DNA from: Xylanibacter ruminicola 23
GTDB taxonomy: Bacteria; Bacteroidota; Bacteroidia; Bacteroidales; Bacteroidaceae
DNA length: 32,000 bases
NCBI RefSeq assembly: GCF_000025925.1
Contig: NC_014033.1
Coordinates: forward strand, 1,890,001-1,922,000
Direction of reading: 5' to 3'
The translations under genes were made by a program, and so were the position numbers. The notes beneath the pieces are model-generated. The model saw only the letters and a program-made list of their open reading frames with translations. It was not told the DNA's origin and ran no database searches. Positions within the stretch are counted from its first letter, which is position 1. The number at the start of each line of letters is the position of its first letter. This document shows, piece by piece, positions 26,101 to 32,000 of this stretch.

Positions 26101-26347
26101 TGCTTCATTCCTGCGTCTCAACACCCTGTCGCTGGGTTACACTATTCCTGCTGCCCTCACCAAGCGTGCTGGCATTCAGAGCCTGCGCTTCTATGTAACA
26201 GCTTACAACGTATTCACCATCACTAATTACAGCGGTTTCGATCCAGAGAGCGACTGCTACCGCCGTACAGCGCTTACACCAAGTGTTGACCACTCTGGTT
26301 ATCCACGTAGCCGCCAGTTCGTTGTAGGACTCAATTTGAATTTCTAA
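23120..26347 (+). CDS. SusC/RagA-family TonB-dependent outer-membrane transporter (PUL 2)
   Basis: 1075 aa. Carboxypeptidase-regulatory-like N-domain ([21 protein letters not shown]...TDYDGNF). Plug motifs ([50 protein letters not shown]). C-terminal ...VVGLNLNF. Confidence 0.93.
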   Translation: [1075 protein letters not shown]

Positions 26348-26348
26348 A

Positions 26349-28178
26349 ATGAAGGAGGACATGAACATGAAGAATAATATCAAATTAGCTATACTGTCAA
26401 TGTCGCTGATGGGTCTGGCCTCGTGCGACATGGATGCCCCCAGCATCTCAACCCTCGACGAATCATCGGTATTCGCCACCTACTCGCTGGCCGAATCAGA
26501 GGTGATGTCGATCCACGTATCATTTGGCGAGACCAACTCATACCGTGGCCGTTTCCTGCCCTACTATGGTGTTAACACCGATGTAGAATGGGGTAACGCA
26601 CCATCGTATGCCGACCGCGTAAGCGATAAGCAGAGTCTGTGGAACTACAGCACTCAGGCTGCTAACGGACAGATGAACACCGCCAACAATGCCTACGCAA
26701 AGTTCTACGAGGGTATCGAGCGTGCCAATCTGGCCATCAAGGGTATCCGCCAATATGGTAACATCGAGAACAACGCCGATATGCGCCACCTGTTAGGCGA
26801 GGCCCTCACCCTGCGTGCCGTTATCTATAACGACCTGCTGAAGGCTTGGGGCGACGTGCCTGCACGTTTCGAGCCTAACAACTCAGATAATATGTACCTG
26901 CCCCGTACCAACCGCGATGTGATTTACAAGCAGTTGCTGGCCGATCTGTTAGAGGCTGAGGACTATTGCTACTGGGCTAAGGAGAATGCTATCACCAAGA
27001 CTACCGAACGTGTAAACAAGGACTTTGTTAAGGCCCTGCGTGCCCGTCTGGCTCTCTATGCAGGTGGTTACGGTCTGCGTGGCGATGGCTATCGCCTGTC
27101 GAAGGATCCCGAGTTGGCTCCTGAGAAGATGTACCAGATTGCCAAGCAGGAGTGCGAAGAGGTGATTGCCCATGGCAGCAGCAAGCTGGGTTCGTTTAAG
27201 GAGAACTTCGTTAAGCTCTGTCAGGATAATGTAACAGCTGGTGGCGAAAGCCTTTGGGAGATTCCATTCTCTGCCGGTCGTGGCCGTGTGCTCTACACAT
27301 GGGGTTTGAAGCATAACGCTAAGGACCAGTACACCCAGCAGTCGCAGGGTGGTATCAACCGCGCAGTTTCTACTCTGTACTACGATTATGATCCCGAGGA
27401 TATCCGTCGCGACATTACTGTAGTACCTTACGAGTGGAGTAAGGACCTGAAGGATGGCAATGCGCACGTTGTGCTGAGCGGCTTGAACAAGATGTGCTTC
27501 GGTAAGCTGCGCTACGAGTGGATGAACCGTATTGTTACCAGTACCAACGACGATGGTGTAAACTGGCAGTACATGCGCTTGGCTGATGTTTACCTGATGG
27601 CTGCCGAGGCCGAGAACGAACTGGGTAACACCGCCGCTGCATGGAGCTATATGAAGCCCGTTCTGGATCGTGTACTCCCCGCTGCTAAGGTATCTGCCCT
27701 GCAGACCAAGTACACCGCCTCTCAGCAGGCATTCCGCGAGGGCATCTACGATCAGCGTGCACTCGAGTTTGCTGGCGAGGCTCTGCGTAAGGCCGACCTG
27801 GTTCGCTGGGGTATCATCGACCAGAAGATGGCCGAGGCCAAGGCTAAGCTCCAGGCTCTGCAGACACGTACTGGCGACTATGCCGGACTGCCCGACAAGG
27901 TTTATCTGAAGACTGTTGAGAACGAGAGCGAGATTGAAATCTACGGTCTGAACAAGGGCGAGAACGATGCCACTGTTATCAACGGTTTCGAAGGCGATTG
28001 GGAGAGCAAGAGCTGGTTCGGCAGTGCCGACAAGCCAAGCCTTACCGACGATATTATCGACGGTCTCTACGTGGCTACTCCAAGTCTTAACTGCCTGTGG
28101 CCTATCTGGCAGAACTTCATCGACTCAAGCAACAACATGCTGAACAACGATGTTAACTACGGTCAGTTGTCTGATTGA
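26349..28178 (+). CDS. SusD/RagB-family nutrient-binding outer-membrane lipoprotein (PUL 2)
   Basis: 609 aa starting 1 nt after the SusC stop. The lipobox is LMGLASCDMD, and possible internal starts are at 26361 and 26367. SusD-like features include LRAVIYNDLLKAWGDVP and RLADVYLMAAEAENELG. Confidence 0.9.
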   Translation: MKEDMNMKNNIKLAILSMSLMGLASCDMDAPSISTLDESSVFATYSLAESEVMSIHVSFGETNSYRGRFLPYYGVNTDVEWGNAPSYADRVSDKQSLWNYSTQAANGQMNTANNAYAKFYEGIERANLAIKGIRQYGNIENNADMRHLLGEALTLRAVIYNDLLKAWGDVPARFEPNNSDNMYLPRTNRDVIYKQLLADLLEAEDYCYWAKENAITKTTERVNKDFVKALRARLALYAGGYGLRGDGYRLSKDPELAPEKMYQIAKQECEEVIAHGSSKLGSFKENFVKLCQDNVTAGGESLWEIPFSAGRGRVLYTWGLKHNAKDQYTQQSQGGINRAVSTLYYDYDPEDIRRDITVVPYEWSKDLKDGNAHVVLSGLNKMCFGKLRYEWMNRIVTSTNDDGVNWQYMRLADVYLMAAEAENELGNTAAAWSYMKPVLDRVLPAAKVSALQTKYTASQQAFREGIYDQRALEFAGEALRKADLVRWGIIDQKMAEAKAKLQALQTRTGDYAGLPDKVYLKTVENESEIEIYGLNKGENDATVINGFEGDWESKSWFGSADKPSLTDDIIDGLYVATPSLNCLWPIWQNFIDSSNNMLNNDVNYGQLSD

Positions 28179-28208
28179 AAATTGAACATTGAAAATTGAA
28201 GATTTTTT

Positions 28209-29771
28209 ATGAAAAAAATATATTTAAAATCTATCGTATTTGGTCTGGCTACTGTGGCTTTAGCTTCATGTAGCGACGTTGCCGACGAGATTACGAGCAT
28301 TGTGTATAACCGTAATTTCTCGCCCACCAGCGTAGAGGCCAAGGTGCGCAACCGCACCAATATTGAACTGAGCTGGAACCTTGGCGATGGCGTAACCAAC
28401 TATAATGTTGAGGTTTATGCCAACGACAGCTTGACCTTTGCCGGTTCGCCCGTACAGAGTTTCTCTGTAACACCCGATCAGGTGCCCGTGCTTATAACAG
28501 GTCTGGATGGCGAAACCCAGTACTCATTCCGTGTTCAGGCCACCGATGGCGATGCCACACGCGACTCAAAGTGGAGCGGTGTGTATGCCAAGACCGAGGC
28601 CGAGCAGCTGTTCAAGAACGTGAAGGAAGAGGATATCAAGGCTAAGGAGGTAACCCTGCGCTGGACTGCTGGCGAAGAGGCTGCCACCATCACCCTTACA
28701 CCTGGTAACATTGTGTATAACATCACAGCTGCCGATATCGCAGCTGGTGCTGCTACCGTTACAGGTCTTACACCTGAAACTGAGTATACCGCTGTGATGG
28801 CTCGTGCCAATGGTAAGACTCGTGGTAAGATCAGCTTCACCACAGGCGTATATCTCGAAGAGACCGACATTCTGGTTAAGGCCGGTTCTAATATCGCACA
28901 GGCCATCACCGACGCTCCTGAAGGCTATCGCCTCATTGTGGAGCCTGGCACATACGGTATCGCTACCGACGAGGCTGCATTTGGCGGTTCAGTAACGGTT
29001 AGCAAGAATCTCACCATCAAGGGTCTGCGCCAGAACGATCATCCTGTTATCAAGGGCCGTTTCAAGGTAGAAGCTTCGCTCACTATCGATCAGGTAACAC
29101 TCGATGGTAAGGGCACCGATGGCGGTCAGGCATTCGATTTCACAGCTGCCAACACCATCGACCACTTCACTGTTAACAATAGCGAGGTGACCAACTACAC
29201 CAAGGGATTCTACTATGTGAATAAGGCTGCTAAGATTAACAGCTTGGTTATTAACAACTGTCTCATCAGCAACATCGAGTGTGATGGTGGTGATATGTTC
29301 GACTGCCGTGCAGGTGCTATCCTGATGCTCAACATCACCAACAACACTATTTGGAACTCTTGTAAGGGTCGTGACCTGGTACGCTACGACGACAAGTCAG
29401 GCAACTTTGCCGGTGTAGCTCCTGTCATCACCATCGATCACAACACCATCGTAGGTGCTTGTAACGATGCAGGAAAGCGCATCCTCTATGTTCGCTTCAA
29501 GGGCAACAGTATCACATTCACCAACAACATCGTAACCGCCTCTGCCGGTAACTTCTCTAACCAGAAGAATACCGCCGAGCCTACATTCGAGAACAACTTC
29601 TACTCAGGAGCTGATGGTTACGTAACCGAAGGTGCCAACGCCAATGCCCTCTTCGTAGATAAGAGCGGAACCATTGCCGATCCTCAGTTCAAGGACGCCG
29701 CTAATGGCGACTTCACTGTAGGCAACGATGCCGTGAAGGATAACAAGGCTGGTGACCCACGCTGGTTCTAA
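28209..29771 (+). CDS. PUL-encoded surface lipoprotein with two FN3-like modules and a right-handed beta-helix (pectate-lyase-fold) region; DUF4957/DUF5123-like candidate glycan-binding protein
   Basis: 520 aa with lipoprotein signal MKKIYLKSIVFGLATVALASC. FN3 hallmarks are TGLDGETQYSFRVQA and TGLTPETEYTAVM. Repeated beta-helix turns are FTVNNSEVTN, LVINNCLISN, LNITNNTIWN, ITIDHNTIVG and ITFTNNIVT. The C-terminus reads GDPRWF. Confidence 0.75.
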   Translation: MKKIYLKSIVFGLATVALASCSDVADEITSIVYNRNFSPTSVEAKVRNRTNIELSWNLGDGVTNYNVEVYANDSLTFAGSPVQSFSVTPDQVPVLITGLDGETQYSFRVQATDGDATRDSKWSGVYAKTEAEQLFKNVKEEDIKAKEVTLRWTAGEEAATITLTPGNIVYNITAADIAAGAATVTGLTPETEYTAVMARANGKTRGKISFTTGVYLEETDILVKAGSNIAQAITDAPEGYRLIVEPGTYGIATDEAAFGGSVTVSKNLTIKGLRQNDHPVIKGRFKVEASLTIDQVTLDGKGTDGGQAFDFTAANTIDHFTVNNSEVTNYTKGFYYVNKAAKINSLVINNCLISNIECDGGDMFDCRAGAILMLNITNNTIWNSCKGRDLVRYDDKSGNFAGVAPVITIDHNTIVGACNDAGKRILYVRFKGNSITFTNNIVTASAGNFSNQKNTAEPTFENNFYSGADGYVTEGANANALFVDKSGTIADPQFKDAANGDFTVGNDAVKDNKAGDPRWF

Positions 29772-29794
29772 TCCACAAGTGATTACATAAAAAG

Positions 29795-29827
29795 AGAGCT
29801 GTGCATCATGCACAGCTCTTTCTTTGT
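29795..29827. terminator. Bidirectional intrinsic terminator between convergent genes
   Basis: agagctgtgcat / atgcacagctct is a 12-nt perfect palindrome pair (29795-29819), flanked by aaaa upstream and ttctttgttt downstream. Confidence 0.65.
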
Positions 29828-30748
29828 TTAGAACGTAAGACGTACAAATACGGGATAATGATCAGAAGGAAGGCGCTTTTGATGCTTCTGGAAATTAATC
29901 TCCTGAGGAGCATCGGCGCCTTTTACTGTATCTGTTTGTTGGGGTGCTTCCGACCAATAGGTGTTAGTTAACACGCCGTAACGCTGTACGGTAAAGGCAG
30001 GCGATACAAACACGTGGTCGATACGACTGGCGGTCTTCAATTCAGGATCCCAGCTGTTAAAGGTACCGTTCTCGGCAAAGCGGAACTGCGCCTTCTCAAA
30101 GCTGTCGTCCAATACACCCGACTGTGTAAAGATACCATAAATCTCGTTAGTCTGATCCACATTAAAGTCACCTGTCAGCACCACGGGCTTACCCTTAGCA
30201 ATCTCTTTGATACGCTGCACCACCAGTTTAGCACCCTCACGACGGGCCACAGTACCTACGTGGTCCATGTGCAGATTAAAGTAATAGAACTTCAGGCTGG
30301 TACCCTTGAGTTTAAAATAGCCCCACGAGCAGATACGCACACAAGCAGCATCCCAACCCAAACCAGGCTTCTCAGGGGTTTCCGACAACCAGAAGTCGCC
30401 GTGATCCAACAGTTTGATTTTGTTACGGTCGTAGAAGATGTTTGAGTGCTCGCCAGCATGCTTACCATCATCGCGACCTAAACCGATACAGTCGTAATCG
30501 GTCAGTTGCTTTAATAAGTCCTGACGCTGCGACTCCAATACCTCCTGAGCACCAAAGATGTCCGGATGCTCAAACAGTATCTGACCGCACAATACCGGCA
30601 TGCGCTGCTGCCAGGCATTACCTGCTTTGGCATCGCCGTCGTTCTGATAACGAATGTTGTAACTGCCCACGTAAAGTTCCTGGGCCTGTGTAGTAATGCT
30701 GGCTGCCATCATCATGGCAACCAGCATAAGTTTACTGAATACTTTCAT
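29828..30748 (-). CDS. Endonuclease/exonuclease/phosphatase (EEP) family protein, secreted
   Basis: 306 aa with a signal peptide. EEP motifs: YVGSYNIRY, DIFGAQEV, VLTGDFN, RIDHVFVS, and the terminal PSDHYPVFV. Confidence 0.85.
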   Translation of the reverse strand: MKVFSKLMLVAMMMAASITTQAQELYVGSYNIRYQNDGDAKAGNAWQQRMPVLCGQILFEHPDIFGAQEVLESQRQDLLKQLTDYDCIGLGRDDGKHAGEHSNIFYDRNKIKLLDHGDFWLSETPEKPGLGWDAACVRICSWGYFKLKGTSLKFYYFNLHMDHVGTVARREGAKLVVQRIKEIAKGKPVVLTGDFNVDQTNEIYGIFTQSGVLDDSFEKAQFRFAENGTFNSWDPELKTASRIDHVFVSPAFTVQRYGVLTNTYWSEAPQQTDTVKGADAPQEINFQKHQKRLPSDHYPVFVRLTF

Positions 30749-30787
30749 TAGTAGCGTTTAATTATTTGTGTAAATGAATTGAATAAA

Positions 30788-32000
30788 TTATCTGTTCGAT
30801 TCTACTTCGGCACGCTTTGCACGATAGTAACGATCCACGAAATCAATCTGCTCACGGTTGGGCACATTAATCAGCGATGCACCATTGCTGAACTGCATAG
30901 TGGTTGGCTTGCTCTCGTCGAAGGTTGGCCAGTAAGGCAGCCCCTTACCGTTAGGATTACCCGTCTTGGCAAAGTTCACCCAGTACTGCTGAATGATTTC
31001 GGCCAGAGCACTCTCGGTAGGATACTTCTGAGGTTGGTCGAGGAACATACCGTTCAGGTACATGATATCATCGGCATGAGCCACACCCTTACGACGCGGA
31101 TCACGTGAAAAACTCATCTCCGAAGGCTGAGCCAGATAAGCCGCATAAGCCGCACTCTTACCAGTCTTGGCCTGCAAGCTAACCCATGCATACGATGGCC
31201 ATGCAAAGCCCATATCACGGAAGGCATCGCCAAAGCCGTGCCAAGCCTCGTCGTTGGTAGCACCAGGATAGAACTTCAATGCCTCGTCGGCCCAAGCACC
31301 AAAAATGCTCTTCAGCGTTTTCTGATAGTCCTCGGCAGTAATGTTACCTGGGGCAAACAGCGCACCCTCGTCGCTATTGGTCATCACGATTACAGGCACA
31401 TCGTTATACTCGCCGCGCTCATACATACGATACTGGTCGTCGCAAATCACGTAACCATCCACGCAAGGCCAGAAACCAGCAAAGCCCACGTTACCATCGC
31501 ACAGTGCCATGGCATCCATGGCACGCAGCTGCTTCAGATTCTTTTTCTTCAGATGCTTCATAAAGGCCACACCCTGCTGCTCGGCACCCTTCTGCGAGGC
31601 ATCAAGTCCTAACGAACGTGGCGCATCGCTCCAAGGCGCAAACGAGCCACCGCTATGACTGATACAACGATGGAACAAACCACGTGCCAAAGGCGATGCA
31701 CACAGCATGCTACAGCTGATGGCACCAGCACTCTCACCAAAGATGGTTACCTGATCAGGATCGCCACCAAACTGGGCAATGTTACGCTGTACCCACTGCA
31801 GGGCATAAATCTGGTCTAACAATCCGTAGTTACCCGAATGGCCGTCTTTGCTTTCCTTAGTCAGTTCGGGATGGGCCATAAAGCCTAAGGCACCTGTACG
31901 GTACTCGATGCTCACGATCACTACACCACGCAGTGCCAGGTGCTTCCACAGGTCGCCACCATACCACTCGGTCTGGAAACCGCCACCGTGAATCCATACC
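30788..32000 (-). CDS. Type-B carboxylesterase/lipase family protein, N-terminus beyond the right window edge
   Basis: The track ORF 30788..31921 begins at an internal Met. The same frame stays open to the window edge, and the reverse complement of 31922-31999 reads ...VWIHGGGFQTEWYGGDLWKHLALRGVVV. This gives the oxyanion-hole HGGGF motif, and the nucleophile elbow GESAGA lies downstream. Confidence 0.85.
   Translation of the reverse strand, partial: VWIHGGGFQTEWYGGDLWKHLALRGVVIVSIEYRTGALGFMAHPELTKESKDGHSGNYGLLDQIYALQWVQRNIAQFGGDPDQVTIFGESAGAISCSMLCASPLARGLFHRCISHSGGSFAPWSDAPRSLGLDASQKGAEQQGVAFMKHLKKKNLKQLRAMDAMALCDGNVGFAGFWPCVDGYVICDDQYRMYERGEYNDVPVIVMTNSDEGALFAPGNITAEDYQKTLKSIFGAWADEALKFYPGATNDEAWHGFGDAFRDMGFAWPSYAWVSLQAKTGKSAAYAAYLAQPSEMSFSRDPRRKGVAHADDIMYLNGMFLDQPQKYPTESALAEIIQQYWVNFAKTGNPNGKGLPYWPTFDESKPTTMQFSNGASLINVPNREQIDFVDRYYRAKRAEVESNR

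Overview
This is a Bacteroidales-type chromosomal segment, judged from SusC/SusD pairs, DUF3575/DUF3868 pilus genes and TAnnTTTG -7 promoter boxes. All family assignments come from motifs read by eye; no database search was run.

(1) Positions 1-8192, minus strand, hold a type V (Mfa/FimA-like) pilus operon: DUF3575, DUF3868, fimbrillin, then a fimbrillin::DUF1566 fusion. The last structural gene is the target of a complete diversity-generating retroelement (DGR). Its parts are VR 2563-2674, a GC hairpin at 2487-2510, avd 1992-2444, TR 1711-1822 and the RT at 446-1687. One more co-oriented ORF (1-420) runs off the left edge. TR and VR differ at 12 of 112 positions, and 11 of those are adenines of the TR coding strand, which is the DGR hallmark.

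(2) Divergent from the pilus operon is a tyrosine recombinase gene (8299-9276). It is bracketed by a perfect 19-bp inverted repeat (8218-8236 / 9411-9429), and a promoter box points outward at the far end. This looks like a Hin-like invertible switch that, in this assembly, sits in the OFF orientation for the pilus/DGR operon.

(3) An AT-rich islet (9277-10160) carries a 59-aa ORF followed by vapD.

(4) Positions 10165-32000 hold two pectin/rhamnogalacturonan-type polysaccharide utilization loci (PULs). They contain two SusC/SusD pairs, a CE12-like esterase, GH2, GH105, a GH106-like hydrolase, an FN3/beta-helix surface lipoprotein, an EEP-family protein and a type-B carboxylesterase truncated by the right edge.

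No rRNA, tRNA or CRISPR array was seen.
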